64,000 nt of DNA from Armatimonadota bacterium (GCA_039811685.1 JBDHZC010000001.1:608001-672000); one strand, 5' to 3'. Positions 1 to 10,309 are shown, counted from the first letter of the stretch. A program made the numbers and translations. The notes: generated from the sequence alone by a model not told the origin.

Positions 1-103
1 CTCGCACGGCTACACTTTTATGACGAGTAAATAACGCGAAATCACGCTGTCTTTATTCAAACGGATACCTCTGAATCGCACATTGAAATGTTACAACAGA
101 ACC

Positions 104-350
104 GGAATTACGATGGAAGAAAGACAGCAGCTTGACAAGGCAGAGGTTTTTCTTGCGCTCGCTGGAGTCCCGTCAGCTTCGTGTCCGGCATCACGACGAC
201 ATCGAGCGCATTCCTGAGCGTAGCGTGCGAGAGCAGATCGTGCCTGAGCTACGCAAGCTTGGCTTCAAGCACGTGGCTTTGGACCTGAATGGCCATGTCA
301 CGGGCAGTATGAATATTGGATTATCGAAGCAGTCCACAACTATTTCGTAA
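104..350 (+). pseudogene. larE: Frameshifted C-terminal remnant of a LarE-family ATP-dependent sulfur transferase
   Basis: One frame reads GITMEERQQLDKAEVFL. After the T-run at 147-151 the next frame reads LRSLESRQLRVRHH...LRKLGFKHVALDLNGHVTGSMN, matching the LarE C-terminal pattern (AE.FLR.LG..Q.RVRHH...LGF.YV.LDL.GY..GSMN). No intact upstream part is visible. Confidence 0.7.
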
Positions 351-663
351 AAGTTTATAGGAAATACTTTTACATCTCCGGACGCAACAAGATGCCGTAG
401 TGTGCTGCAGAAGGTGAGCCACAGAGAGATGACTGCGGACGACGCCACGAGGATATTGCGCGATTTGCTCTGTTAGAATTTGGAGCTTACAGTGGACGAG
501 ACTGGATAACTGGCTCAGGAGCTGTTTGAGAAGGCCGTGCAGGCGTTTGAGGACTGAGGGAATTGACGGGAGACGCAACGGGTAAGTATAGTCCCGTGGA
601 GGCTGACACGCGTTAGACCTTGTCCGGAAGACGCATTGATTTCCACTGGAGGCATCTGAAGCT

Positions 664-1665
664 ATGCGACTCGATCAATTTCCTGCAGTTCACCTGGCAC
701 ATCTCCCAACCCCGATAGACGAAGCTCCGCGGCTGGCTGAACATCTCGGACTAAAACGTCTGATGATAAAGCGGGATGATCAGACAGGACTGGCGACAGG
801 CGGCAACAAGGCCCGCAAGCTGGAGTTTTTGATGGCGGACGCCGTGGAGCGTGGCTGTGATATTGTGCTGACAGACGGGGGGCCCCAGTCCAACCACGCC
901 CGCATGACGGCGGCTGCCGCGAGAAAGTTGGGGTTGGATGTAAAGCTTGTCCTGGGTGGTCCGGATTTTGATGAGTTTCAGGGAAACCTGCTGCTTGACA
1001 CTCTCTTTGGAGCGGAGATCACTTTCCTGAAGGGCAAAGATGTGCCGGAGATGGAGGAAGAGCTTACGCGGATGGCGGCAGAGCTGCGCGAGCAGGGCCG
1101 CAAGCCGTACCACATCCCGGTTGGAGGCAGCACGCCTCTCGGCGCCCTGGGCTATGTGCGGGGCATGCAGGAGCTTCGTCAGGACATCGGCAATGTTCCG
1201 GCGCAGATAGTTCTGGCTGTAGGGTCGTGCGGCACTTTCGCCGGTACGGTTCTCGGAGCACGGCTATTTCTGCCGATGGCGGAAGTGATCGGCATCAGTG
1301 TCAGTCGCACCACCAGGCAGATGCAGAAGCGCACTGCCGAACTTGCCAATGAAGCCTCTGAAATGATAGGCGCGGAAATCCAGTTTGCAGAAGACGATAT
1401 TCGCTGTTACGACGAATACTACGGAAGCGCTTACGGAGTGCCAACAGAATCGGGCAAAGAAGCGATTGTCACATCCGCACGACTGGAAGGCCTGCTTCTG
1501 GACCCGGTTTACACAGGAAAGGCGATGGCGGGATTGTTTGACTTAGCGCGCAAAGGAGTCCTCGATCCCAACCGCACAGTCGTGTTTCTACACACTGGTG
1601 GCACTTCAGCGCTGTTTGCCTTCGAGAAAGAGTTCCGAGATCTGGCTCAGTGTCGCAAGGTGTAG
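664..1665 (+). CDS. dcyD: PLP-dependent D-cysteine desulfhydrase family protein
   Basis: KRDD, GGNKARKLEF, QSNH, LDPVYTGK and FLHTGG motifs. Thr at the positions where ACC deaminases have Glu and Leu. GGAGG RBS. Confidence 0.85.
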   Translation: MRLDQFPAVHLAHLPTPIDEAPRLAEHLGLKRLMIKRDDQTGLATGGNKARKLEFLMADAVERGCDIVLTDGGPQSNHARMTAAAARKLGLDVKLVLGGPDFDEFQGNLLLDTLFGAEITFLKGKDVPEMEEELTRMAAELREQGRKPYHIPVGGSTPLGALGYVRGMQELRQDIGNVPAQIVLAVGSCGTFAGTVLGARLFLPMAEVIGISVSRTTRQMQKRTAELANEASEMIGAEIQFAEDDIRCYDEYYGSAYGVPTESGKEAIVTSARLEGLLLDPVYTGKAMAGLFDLARKGVLDPNRTVVFLHTGGTSALFAFEKEFRDLAQCRKV

Positions 1666-1702
1666 ACGAAATCTCCCTGCGAAAATCAGACGCTTTGCTG
1701 CG

Positions 1703-2083
1703 TCAGCGGGCGGCGATGCCCTCCATCTCAAGTGCGACGCCTCTGGGCAGGGCAGCTACCTGCACAACAGCCCGCGCTGCCGGATCGGCCGAAAAACGCT
1801 CGGCATACAAAGCGTTGAACTCCTGAAAGCGGCTCATATCGACGAGGTAGACGGTCGTCTTTACGACGTTATCCCAGCTCAGCCCGGCCTCTGAGAGAAT
1901 CGCCTCAAAATTGTCCAGCACACGGCGAACGTGTGCCGCGAAATCTCCCTGTTCAAGCTCGCCTGTGTCCGGTACAAGCGGAATCTGACCCGAAATAAAC
2001 AGCAGCCCGCCAGCCTCCACGGCCTGCGAATACGGCCCGATAGCGGCAGGCGCTTTGTCTGTTGAAAGTGCGCGTTTTGACAC
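1703..2083 (-). CDS. ridA: RidA family reactive-intermediate deaminase
   Basis: APAAIGPYSQAV, FISGQIP, VVKTTVYL, PAARAVVQVAALP. GTG start with GGGAG RBS. Confidence 0.9.
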   Translation of the reverse strand: MSKRALSTDKAPAAIGPYSQAVEAGGLLFISGQIPLVPDTGELEQGDFAAHVRRVLDNFEAILSEAGLSWDNVVKTTVYLVDMSRFQEFNALYAERFSADPAARAVVQVAALPRGVALEMEGIAAR

Positions 2084-2327
2084 TTCAAAAACTCCCTGAT
2101 TTTTCGTCTGTAATAGCAGATTACGCCGTCGGCGCAACCCTGTCTGAGGACGGAACAAGGACACAGCGGCGCCAGAAAGCCAGAAGGCGCCAGCCTGTGT
2201 AGCCGTGGCGTGGACTCCACGTACCCCGTCCGGAGAACCTGCCGGAGGCATGTTAGCGGAATGAGGTTACAGACGCCAGCAACCCACTCTCCCGTAACAA
2301 CCGGCGTCCCAAAGCGCGGAAGATTCG

Positions 2328-3581
2328 TCAGTCACTCAATTCGAACGGCGCAAGATTTCTGGCAAACGGGGCGGCGACATCGGCGATGACGTGAATACCA
2401 TCCTGTCTGTATTCCGCCTTGACCACGTGGCCAAAGTCATAGCATGCAGACACAAGATCGCTGCGGTCGTACGGGATCAGAACGTTGACGTGATCGAGTA
2501 GCGACCCAATGGCCGTTGTTATCTTGGAGATCAGATGCTGGAGCCCTTCCCGCTTTGCCGCGGAGATGTAGCAGGAAAGAGGCTCCTCTGCCACCTTTCG
2601 TCGCAACTCGTAGGTGTCCTGGATCAGATCGCTCTTGTTGTAAACCATCACGACAGGCTTCTCCCGCACACCAATTTCCGATAGGGTCTCTTCCACGGCA
2701 GCAATCTGTGCGGAGGTATTCGGGTGAGAAGCGTCAACTACGTGAATGAGGATGTCCGCCTGATCCACCTCTTCCAGCGTCGCCCGGAAAGCGGCGATCA
2801 GGGAGTGTGGCAGATCTCTTATGAAGCCGACAGTGTCTGTGATCAGAATGCCCCAGCCATCCGGAAGAACAACTCGCCGCGTCGTGGGATCGAGAGTCGA
2901 GAAGAGCTGCGCGTCAGCAAAAACTTCTGCGCCTGAGAGCGCATTCAGCAGAGTTGATTTTCCTGCGCTGGTGTACCCCACGAGAACTGCCGAGGGAAAG
3001 GGGAGCCTTTTGCGAGCAGAGCGCGAGACTTCGCGATGTTTCCTGATGGCGTCTATCTCTTCCCGCAGCGAATCAATGCGCTTACGCAGACGGCGCCTGT
3101 CCGACTCCAGCTTCGTTTCCCCGGGCCCGCGCGTACCTACGCCGCCGCCCAGGCGGGACATCTCCGCGCCCGACCCAGAAAGGCGCGGCAGGAGGTAGGA
3201 CAACTGCGCCAGTTCAACCTGGAGTTTGCCCTCTCGCGTGTGGGCGCGTTGCGCAAAGATATCGAGGATGAGCTGCGTGCGATCAACGACGCGCACTCCG
3301 ATTTCACTCTGAAGCTCTGCGTGCTCACTTGCCTGAAGATCGCAGGCCACCAGCGCAACCGTGCACGAGGTATCGATTATTTCGTTGTATAGCTCTTCGG
3401 TGCGATCCGAAGAGATGAATGGTTGGCCAGGCCGCCGCTTCACGCGAGAGAAAAACTCGCCCACCACATCAACGTCCGCGCTCCGGGCAAGCTCACGCAT
3501 CTCCTCTACATGCCAGGAGTCTTCCTCTCTGGATTCAAAGACCAGAATGGCTCTATCGCGTGGAGCTACTTCGTGTGCTAT
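2328..3581 (-). CDS. hflX: GTPase HflX (probable ATA start; first ATG at 3500)
   Basis: DRTQLILDIFAQRA, EGKLQVELAQL, GTRGPGETKLE, GYTSAGKST, DTVGFI, NKSD. The frame stays open upstream through RDRAILV to an ATA preceded by GGAGGG. Confidence 0.92.
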   Translation of the reverse strand: MAHEVAPRDRAILVFESREEDSWHVEEMRELARSADVDVVGEFFSRVKRRPGQPFISSDRTEELYNEIIDTSCTVALVACDLQASEHAELQSEIGVRVVDRTQLILDIFAQRAHTREGKLQVELAQLSYLLPRLSGSGAEMSRLGGGVGTRGPGETKLESDRRRLRKRIDSLREEIDAIRKHREVSRSARKRLPFPSAVLVGYTSAGKSTLLNALSGAEVFADAQLFSTLDPTTRRVVLPDGWGILITDTVGFIRDLPHSLIAAFRATLEEVDQADILIHVVDASHPNTSAQIAAVEETLSEIGVREKPVVMVYNKSDLIQDTYELRRKVAEEPLSCYISAAKREGLQHLISKITTAIGSLLDHVNVLIPYDRSDLVSACYDFGHVVKAEYRQDGIHVIADVAAPFARNLAPFELSD

Positions 3582-3716
3582 CGCTCACCCTCCGGACCTT
3601 GAGAAACAAACCGCGCACAACTGTTAAAGTGGGCGCGATGAGTTGAGCGCTCACTGGTTAGAGGGTTGGGAGCCTGCATCTGCCCCGCAAGTGAAGGCAT
3701 CAGATGGGAGCGCCAC

Positions 3717-4559
3717 TCACGCAGCGTACTCGCCCGTGAACACTTCAACCGCCGGGCCCAGCATAAAGACGCTTTCACCCGGCGTCCAGCTTATCTGCAG
3801 ATCCCCTCCACGAAGACGCACAGCAACACTGTTCTCCGTGTAGCCGTTGAGCATGCTGGCTACAGCAGCCGCGCAGGCCCCTGTTCCACAGGCCAGTGTC
3901 TCACCCGCGCCGCGCTCCCAGACACGTACTCGGATCTCATCCCGCGAGATTACTTCAACAAAAGGCGCGTTGGTTCTGCTCGGAAAGAGCGGGTGGTGTT
4001 CGATAAGCGGGCCAACCGTCTCCACAGGATAGCTGCTGACATCCTCAACAAAACTGACACAGTGGGGATTGCCCATTGACAGGCAGGTAACGCTAAGCTG
4101 TTGTGCATTGACGTCGAGGAGTTCACCTACTACCTCATCAGCTTCAGGGCTGCCAAGCATGGGAATGTGTGAACGGCGAAGCTCCGGCGGGCCCATGTCA
4201 ACTCTGACTCCACTGATTTGCCCGTCAGTAAGAACTACCTCAACAACTTTTACGCCAGACTTAGTCTCAACGGAGATCGAGGAGTTGTCCGAATGGCCAT
4301 GATCCAACAGATAGCGCGCGAAGCACCGTATACCGTTTCCGCACATTTCAGCTTCGCTGCCGTCCGGATTGTACATTCTCATCATGAAAGGGGCCGTCCG
4401 GCCCTTTTCGACAAGGATCAGCCCATCCGCCCCAATTCCGAAGCGACGGTCGCATACGCGTCGGCTGAGTTGTGGAATTGCGTCCCTTTGCAGAGGCTCA
4501 CGGAGTGTGTCAACAATGACAAAATCGTTGCCAGCGCCCTGCATCTTGGTGAACTTCAC
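3717..4559 (-). CDS. dapF: Diaminopimelate epimerase
   Basis: [43 protein letters not shown]. Confidence 0.96.
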   Translation of the reverse strand: MKFTKMQGAGNDFVIVDTLREPLQRDAIPQLSRRVCDRRFGIGADGLILVEKGRTAPFMMRMYNPDGSEAEMCGNGIRCFARYLLDHGHSDNSSISVETKSGVKVVEVVLTDGQISGVRVDMGPPELRRSHIPMLGSPEADEVVGELLDVNAQQLSVTCLSMGNPHCVSFVEDVSSYPVETVGPLIEHHPLFPSRTNAPFVEVISRDEIRVRVWERGAGETLACGTGACAAAVASMLNGYTENSVAVRLRGGDLQISWTPGESVFMLGPAVEVFTGEYAA

Positions 4560-4867
4560 GCAACCGGCTCCTCAGCGGGCGCTTCGTGTTCAGCTTCGCG
4601 AGAATGCGCAGGGGCTGCCTGCACCTGCTGTGCGCCTGAATCAAGCTTGATATTCACGGGCTTGCCGGGCACGACAGAGGCAAGCGCATGCTTGTAAATC
4701 AATTGGGAAGGCTTTCCGGGGCTGTCCAACACCAGTGTAAAAGAATCAAATCCCTTAACAAACCCTTTGAGTTGAACTCCTGTAATCAGGTAAATCGTGA
4801 CCGGAACGTTCTCCTTGCGCACCTGATTGAGAAAAATATCTTGAAGATTCGTCTGACCTTTGTTCAT
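4556..4867 (-). CDS. hfq: RNA chaperone Hfq
   Basis: [31 protein letters not shown]. Lies downstream of miaA. GGGAG RBS. Confidence 0.95.
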   Translation of the reverse strand: MNKGQTNLQDIFLNQVRKENVPVTIYLITGVQLKGFVKGFDSFTLVLDSPGKPSQLIYKHALASVVPGKPVNIKLDSGAQQVQAAPAHSREAEHEAPAEEPVA

Positions 4868-4965
4868 GGTCTCCCCCCACTCTACAGCGATGTCCAGCAG
4901 CGCCGCTCACACCTTCTAACGATAACGCTGAACCAGCCCGCCTTGGTTTTTCACTAATACGGTAG

Positions 4966-5910
4966 CTACGGCTTTATAACCAGCGCACAGATTTCAGCAG
5001 CAATTTCTTCAGCGCTACGATCTGCCGCGTCAATCCATTGGATTCGTTTGTCAGCTCGAAACCACGTTCTCTGACGCTTGGCATACCGGCGTGTATTGAG
5101 CTTTATCTGATTGACAGCACATTCCAGGGAGATCTGGCCCTCGATGTACTCCACCATCTCTTGATACCCAAGCGCAGTGCAAGACTGCAAACTCTTCCGC
5201 AAACCAAGACCGACAAGTCCGCGGACTTCCTCAAGCAAGCCGTCCGCCAGCATCTCGTCCACCCGGTTATCTATGCGCTGCGCAAGCTTGTCTGGACTCA
5301 CGCTCAATCCAAACATCAGCCACTTTGACGCCTGGCGGCGGGCCCGGTCCTCTGCGATGTGCGCCGAGAGTGGCCTGCCAGAGACTTCATAGACTTCAAG
5401 CGCTCTGATTATCCGCACTATATCCGCAGGAGCCAGTCTCTCCGCGGTATCCGGGTCGATACTTCTCAGCTTTTGCCACATTTCGCCCGGACAAGCCGAA
5501 GCGGCTTCTTCTCTCAAGCGCTGCCGCACGTCTCGTGGGGCCTGTGGCGGGAACGTAACCTCATCCACCACGGCCCGGATGTAGAGGCCGGTTCCACCCG
5601 CCAATAGCGGGACTTTTCCCCTTCCACGGATTTCGCGGATGACTTCAAGCGCACTTTCCTGAAACTGGGCGACGCTGTAGCTCTCGAAGATGTCCACCTG
5701 ATCCAGCAGATGGAACATCGTCCGCCGGCGCTCGGCGGGTGTTGGTTTGGCTGTGCCAATATCCATACCCCGCCAGATCTGCATGCTGTCCGCTGAAACA
5801 ATCTCGCCACCCAGCCTGCGCGCCAAAGCAATGGCAACGGCCGTCTTACCCGTCGCCGTAGGCCCAACGATCGCTATATGCGGAACTGAAGTGCCGGTGT
5901 CTGCGCTCAT
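4966..5910 (-). CDS. miaA: tRNA dimethylallyltransferase
   Basis: GPTATGKT, SADSMQ, DIGTAKP, GGTGLYI, YAKRQRTWF. Confidence 0.96.
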   Translation of the reverse strand: MSADTGTSVPHIAIVGPTATGKTAVAIALARRLGGEIVSADSMQIWRGMDIGTAKPTPAERRRTMFHLLDQVDIFESYSVAQFQESALEVIREIRGRGKVPLLAGGTGLYIRAVVDEVTFPPQAPRDVRQRLREEAASACPGEMWQKLRSIDPDTAERLAPADIVRIIRALEVYEVSGRPLSAHIAEDRARRQASKWLMFGLSVSPDKLAQRIDNRVDEMLADGLLEEVRGLVGLGLRKSLQSCTALGYQEMVEYIEGQISLECAVNQIKLNTRRYAKRQRTWFRADKRIQWIDAADRSAEEIAAEICALVIKP

Positions 5911-5982
5911 GTCCGAACAGCACACAGCCAGACAGTATATCACGCCGCCGTTCCGTAAGCCCGTTCACTGTGTCTGCGAAGT

Positions 5983-6453
5983 TTATTGAACCGAGGCTTT
6001 TTCAGAGCTTTTGAGGCCGAACGGGGTGAGGATAGACACCAGCAATGCCGTGAGCAGTGACTGTCTGAGCGAAACATTCAACCACCAGAGGAGGTCTGTG
6101 CTGGGCTGAACCAGGAGAAAAACAAGATTTCCAACGCCAGAAGCCAAAACAGCAACACCGAAGATAACAGGCAGACTGATCTCAAGTGGTTCTATCAGCG
6201 TCTGGGCGACCAGCGCTGCGATCAAGCGGCTGACAATAAAAGCGCCCACACTCTGTCCGAGCAAAACACTGTCCAGGAAACCTCCCGTAAACGCAAGGAA
6301 TACAAGTGTCTTTCCTGATAGCAGTAACGCACCGGCAAGAACGACCGCAAACACCAGATCCGGACGGTACATCGGTGGCGCTATCCGAGAACCAACCTGC
6401 GCCTGTAGTACGAAGGCCACGAGAAGTACGACGAATGCAGTGAGAGCTTTCAT
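5983..6453 (-). CDS. mreD: Rod shape-determining protein MreD
   Basis: Hydrophobic multi-pass protein with PDLV and GFLD motifs, overlapping the mreC stop. Confidence 0.8.
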   Translation of the reverse strand: MKALTAFVVLLVAFVLQAQVGSRIAPPMYRPDLVFAVVLAGALLLSGKTLVFLAFTGGFLDSVLLGQSVGAFIVSRLIAALVAQTLIEPLEISLPVIFGVAVLASGVGNLVFLLVQPSTDLLWWLNVSLRQSLLTALLVSILTPFGLKSSEKASVQ

Positions 6454-7268
6454 GGCTTGCTGGTTACGACAAGAGCTTCTTCGAGACTGCGAAAGTTCAC
6501 AAAAGGACGAACCTCGGCGCGCTTGAAGTGCGTCTGGACGTCCTCAACAACACGCTCGATAACGCCCACGCGCACCGCTTTGGGGAACAGGCCGCCGTCT
6601 CCGCTCGTGATAACCACATCTCCTTTTTTCACGTCTGCGGACAGCGGTATGTACTCCATCTGGAGCAACTCACCCGCCTGCCCAGAGCAGATACCCGGAG
6701 CTCGGGTCCGCTGGGTGAGACATGCGACTGCGCTGTGGGTGTCACGCAACAGCAGGACCTGACAGGTGCTTGCTGTCACCGTAAAGACCTGCCCAACCAG
6801 GCCCTCGGCGGCAATCACTGCGGATTCAGGATGGACGCCCTGAGCGGTCCCAACGCCGAGAGTGCATGTCTCCCCCCAGGGTGTTGCGGGCCTGATCAGA
6901 ACTGCGGCCGTGACTACTTTGTAGGGAGTCTGGGCCTTCATCTGCAGAAGGTCTCGCAGACGCTCAGCCTGAGCGGCCTGTTCTTCGACCTGATAGAGGC
7001 GGCTCTGGAGCGAAGCAATCTGGTGGCGCATTGATAGATTGTCGCGCTTCAGAGAGGAGTTCGTGCGAAAGATGCCAGAAATGGATCGCACCTTGACAGC
7101 GCTAATCTGCCCAAGGCTCAAAAACGGGCGTGTGAGAATCTCCGTCCACTCGGTGAAAAAATCGCCCTGCCCTTTCTGGAGACGCTGCCGATGCGCCATG
7201 CCAGCGGTGATCCCAAGAATCAAGGCCACGGCAAAGAATACGAGTGTGAGCGTCCGGCGGCTCAGCAT
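6450..7268 (-). CDS. mreC: Rod shape-determining protein MreC
   Basis: N-terminal TM, coiled coil, GLVGQV, GDVVITSGDGGLFP. Follows mreB. Confidence 0.92.
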   Translation of the reverse strand: MLSRRTLTLVFFAVALILGITAGMAHRQRLQKGQGDFFTEWTEILTRPFLSLGQISAVKVRSISGIFRTNSSLKRDNLSMRHQIASLQSRLYQVEEQAAQAERLRDLLQMKAQTPYKVVTAAVLIRPATPWGETCTLGVGTAQGVHPESAVIAAEGLVGQVFTVTASTCQVLLLRDTHSAVACLTQRTRAPGICSGQAGELLQMEYIPLSADVKKGDVVITSGDGGLFPKAVRVGVIERVVEDVQTHFKRAEVRPFVNFRSLEEALVVTSKP

Positions 7269-7292
7269 GGATGTGAGGAGAGTTTCGTCTGG

Positions 7293-8345
7293 CTACCGCA
7301 GCCGGCTAGACTTGTTGAGATCGCGACGAAGGCTGGGATTGGTCTCTGTTTCCTCAAGAAAATGTCCGGCGCCTATGACTACACAGGAAAGCGGGTCCTC
7401 GGCAATGTGCACAGGCATTGATGTCTCCTGTGAAAGAAGACGGTCAATTCCCCTGAGCAGCGCACCTCCACCAGCTACAACAATGCCACGCTCCATGACA
7501 TCTGCGGACAACTCTGGCGGCGTTGACTCCAGAGTCAGCTTGACCGCCTCGACAATCGCATTTACTGGATCAGCGATAGCCTCGCGGATTTCCTCCGACC
7601 GCAGGACTGTACTGCGGGGAAGCCCGCTGATAAGATCGCGCCCGCGAACTTCCAACTCAAGTTCTTCTTCGAGCGGAAACGCTGACCCCACGTTCATTTT
7701 GACGTCTTCAGCAGTCCTGTCCCCGACCAGTAGATTGTACACTCTGCGCACGTAAGCCACAATCGCCTCGTCTATCTCATCTCCGGCGACGCGAATAGAA
7801 CGGCTGGTGACCGGACGCCCCATTGAGATTACGGCGACTTCTGAGGTGCCCCCGCCAATGTCCACAATCATGCTCCCTGTGGGTTCACTGGTCGGCAGAC
7901 CGGCCCCAATAGCCGCAGCCAATGGCTCTTCAATCACATGCGCTTCCTGAGCTCCTGCTTTCTTCGCGGCGTCCAACACAGCTCGGCGCTCAACTTCCGT
8001 GACTCCGGAAGGAATCCCAATGGCGACCTTCAGCTTCACCAGGCCGGCGTTTCTGTGCACTTTCTTGATGAAGCCGCGTAGCATCTGCTCAGTCTGATCA
8101 AAATCGGCAATAACGCCGTCCTTCAGAGGGCGAATTGCGACAATATTTCCGGGAGTGCGACCAAGCATGCGCTTGGCCTCTTCGCCAACTGCCAGAACAC
8201 GGCGTGTTTCCGTGTTTATGGCGATGACAGAAGGCTCTCGCAACAGAATTCCCTTGCCGCGCACGTGGACAAGGGTGTTGGCTGTCCCGAGATCAATGCC
8301 GATAGCGCGAGAAAAGCGTCCAGAGAGGAGTCTCAAAAATTTCAT
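7293..8345 (-). CDS. mreB: Rod shape-determining protein MreB
   Basis: [39 protein letters not shown]. Confidence 0.97.
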   Translation of the reverse strand: MKFLRLLSGRFSRAIGIDLGTANTLVHVRGKGILLREPSVIAINTETRRVLAVGEEAKRMLGRTPGNIVAIRPLKDGVIADFDQTEQMLRGFIKKVHRNAGLVKLKVAIGIPSGVTEVERRAVLDAAKKAGAQEAHVIEEPLAAAIGAGLPTSEPTGSMIVDIGGGTSEVAVISMGRPVTSRSIRVAGDEIDEAIVAYVRRVYNLLVGDRTAEDVKMNVGSAFPLEEELELEVRGRDLISGLPRSTVLRSEEIREAIADPVNAIVEAVKLTLESTPPELSADVMERGIVVAGGGALLRGIDRLLSQETSMPVHIAEDPLSCVVIGAGHFLEETETNPSLRRDLNKSSRLR

Positions 8346-8399
8346 ACGTCAGGAAGCCCTGTTGCTGCGTCCGTACACGCAAGTCTGAAGGGCCGCCGC

Positions 8400-8408
8400 A
8401 TTATAACA
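8400..8408 (-). promoter_or_regulatory. Extended -10 promoter (TGtTATAAT) for the mreB operon
   Basis: TGTTATAAT on the minus strand about 55 nt upstream of the mreB ATG. Confidence 0.6.
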
Positions 8409-8480
8409 CAAAGACCCGGGGGAATTGCATGGGCGGCTTTGCGCTACACGGTCAAGATGCCACTGGTCTGGATGGCGCTG

Positions 8481-8509
8481 TTGACCCGCGTTGCCTGTGG
8501 TGCTATCCT
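8481..8509 (+). promoter_or_regulatory. Sigma70-type promoter for pfkB-tat-secG
   Basis: TTGACC-N17-TATCCT with a TG extension. Confidence 0.55.
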
Positions 8510-8564
8510 ACCGAGGGCTCTCGTGTGACTCCTGCGAACACTCAAAGAATCTGGCAATCTGAAG

Positions 8565-9503
8565 TTGATCATCACCGTTACCCTTAATACAGCCGTTGAC
8601 AAGACGTTCACCGTGCCGAACTTTGCCCTTGACCGCGTCCACCGGCCTACTGAAGGTCGCATCGTCGCAGGCGGGAAGGGTATCAATGTTGCGCGGGTGC
8701 TTCACACACTGGAGACAGACGCTCTGATAGTTGGATTCGCGGGCGGCCACAACGGTTCTTTTGTTCGGGACAGCCTCGAGCGCGAAGGCCTGCCCTATGA
8801 CCTGACTACCACCGCCGGGGAATCTCGGGTTTGCGTGACTGTTATTGACCCCGAGGCCGGAACGCAGACCGAGATCAATGAAAACGGACCCGACATCCAA
8901 CCGGAAGAATTGGAAGCTCTGGAAGAGAGCCTTCTGCGGCACCTGGACGACGCAGAAGGTATCGTACTTAGTGGCAGTATCCCTCCAGGCGTGCCAGACA
9001 GCATTTACGCACGCTGGATTCGAACGGCGCACGAGAGGGGCAAATGGGCCGTTTTGGATTCAAGTGGAGAGCCTATGGCCCAGGGGATGGAAGCTCTGCC
9101 AGACGTCGCAAAGCCGAACTCCCGCGAGTTTGCGGAGCTGACGGGCAATGAGCTGCTGACAACGGCAGAAATTCTGGAGCAAGCGCGGACATACGTTTCA
9201 AAAGGGGTCGGCACGATGCTGATTTCGATGGGACGCTCGGGAGCTCTGGCGACTGACGGCAAGACCGAGTGGCAGGCGACGCCACCAGAGATCGATTTCG
9301 TCAGCGCTGTGGGTTCCGGCGACGCATTTGTTGCCGGTTTTCTGTTTGGGCGTCACCATGGTTATGATTTGGCCGACTCACTGCGTATAAGTACTGCGGC
9401 AGGCGCTGCGAACGCAATGACTTTTGGTGCAGGATTCTGCTCTAAGGAGTGCATCATGTCATTGGCTTCGCAGGTGCAGATCAGTCACCCAGGCGAGGAG
9501 TAA
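8565..9503 (+). CDS. 1-phosphofructokinase family hexose kinase (PfkB/FruK)
   Basis: TVTLNTAVD, GGKGINVARVL, SGSIPPG, KPN, AVGSGDAF. Confidence 0.9.
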   Translation: MIITVTLNTAVDKTFTVPNFALDRVHRPTEGRIVAGGKGINVARVLHTLETDALIVGFAGGHNGSFVRDSLEREGLPYDLTTTAGESRVCVTVIDPEAGTQTEINENGPDIQPEELEALEESLLRHLDDAEGIVLSGSIPPGVPDSIYARWIRTAHERGKWAVLDSSGEPMAQGMEALPDVAKPNSREFAELTGNELLTTAEILEQARTYVSKGVGTMLISMGRSGALATDGKTEWQATPPEIDFVSAVGSGDAFVAGFLFGRHHGYDLADSLRISTAAGAANAMTFGAGFCSKECIMSLASQVQISHPGEE

Positions 9504-9511
9504 TTGGGCTC

Positions 9512-10003
9512 GTGAGTCTCGGACCCGGAGAAATTGTTGTACTGTTTATCCTGGGACTTCTTGTCTTTGGACCCAAGAAGCTTCCAGAAGTGGGCCGCAC
9601 GCTGGGCGAAGTTCTGCGTGACTTGAAGCGTATGTCCTCAGACGTCACGTCAGCGTTTGAAGACGCTATGCAGGACAAGCCCGAGCGGTCTAAGTCGCAC
9701 GAATGGGATGACGTTGACACCAGTTATCTCACCAGCACACCGGAAGGTGAAGCGGCGAAGGATGGAGCTGAGGTTCACAGCGAAGCTGCTCCCTATGAGA
9801 CAGACGGATATCGCCGCAACGCCGGCGTGACGGACGAAAGCGTTGCGGAGAATAATGAGAACCGCTCAGTATCGGATGGTGAAGACGTGCTGAGCGATGC
9901 GGAAGAACTGGCTGTGCACGGCCAAGAGGTTGAGTACGCCAGCGGCGAGGCATCCGATGGTGCAAAAGAGGCCATGGATGCGGAAAGGACACACCAAACG
10001 TGA
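9512..10003 (+). CDS. TatA/TatB family translocase subunit with long acidic tail (TatB-like)
   Basis: LGPGEIVVLFILGLLVFGPKKLPEVGRTLG motif followed by a D/E-rich tail. Start approximate. Confidence 0.8.
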   Translation: MSLGPGEIVVLFILGLLVFGPKKLPEVGRTLGEVLRDLKRMSSDVTSAFEDAMQDKPERSKSHEWDDVDTSYLTSTPEGEAAKDGAEVHSEAAPYETDGYRRNAGVTDESVAENNENRSVSDGEDVLSDAEELAVHGQEVEYASGEASDGAKEAMDAERTHQT

Positions 10004-10194
10004 TAGTTCAAAGTGGTCTTGGCATCCAGGAACTCTGGCCAATCGCGCTTATCGTTGTCATACTGTTTGGCGCCAAGCGTATTCCCGAGATGATGAAGGG
10101 CGTCGGCGAGGGAATGAAAGAATTCAAGAAGGCAACTCAGGACGACGGCGAAGACAAGAAGAACGAAACGCCGCTGCCTTCCGAGAATAAGTAA
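10000..10194 (+). CDS. tatA: Twin-arginine translocase TatA
   Basis: LGIQEL...ILFGAKRIPEMMKGVGEGMKEFKKA. Confidence 0.9.
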   Translation: MIVQSGLGIQELWPIALIVVILFGAKRIPEMMKGVGEGMKEFKKATQDDGEDKKNETPLPSENK

Positions 10195-10309
10195 GACGCA
10201 CAACCTAACCTGGGCGCGCGTGAGGAACGTGGCCAGGTGAATTTGGAGAAGGAAACTTGCGGCGCCGGGTCTCGAATACGACGCGCAAGGTGGGGTAATT
10301 GACGGCTAC

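Noticed and set aside
664..1665. ACC deaminase call
   Set aside because: It has YTGK and HTGG, with Thr where true ACC deaminases have Glu and Leu.
9512..10194. Incomplete Tat system (no tatC)
   Set aside because: tatC is often encoded elsewhere, so its absence from one window is uninformative.
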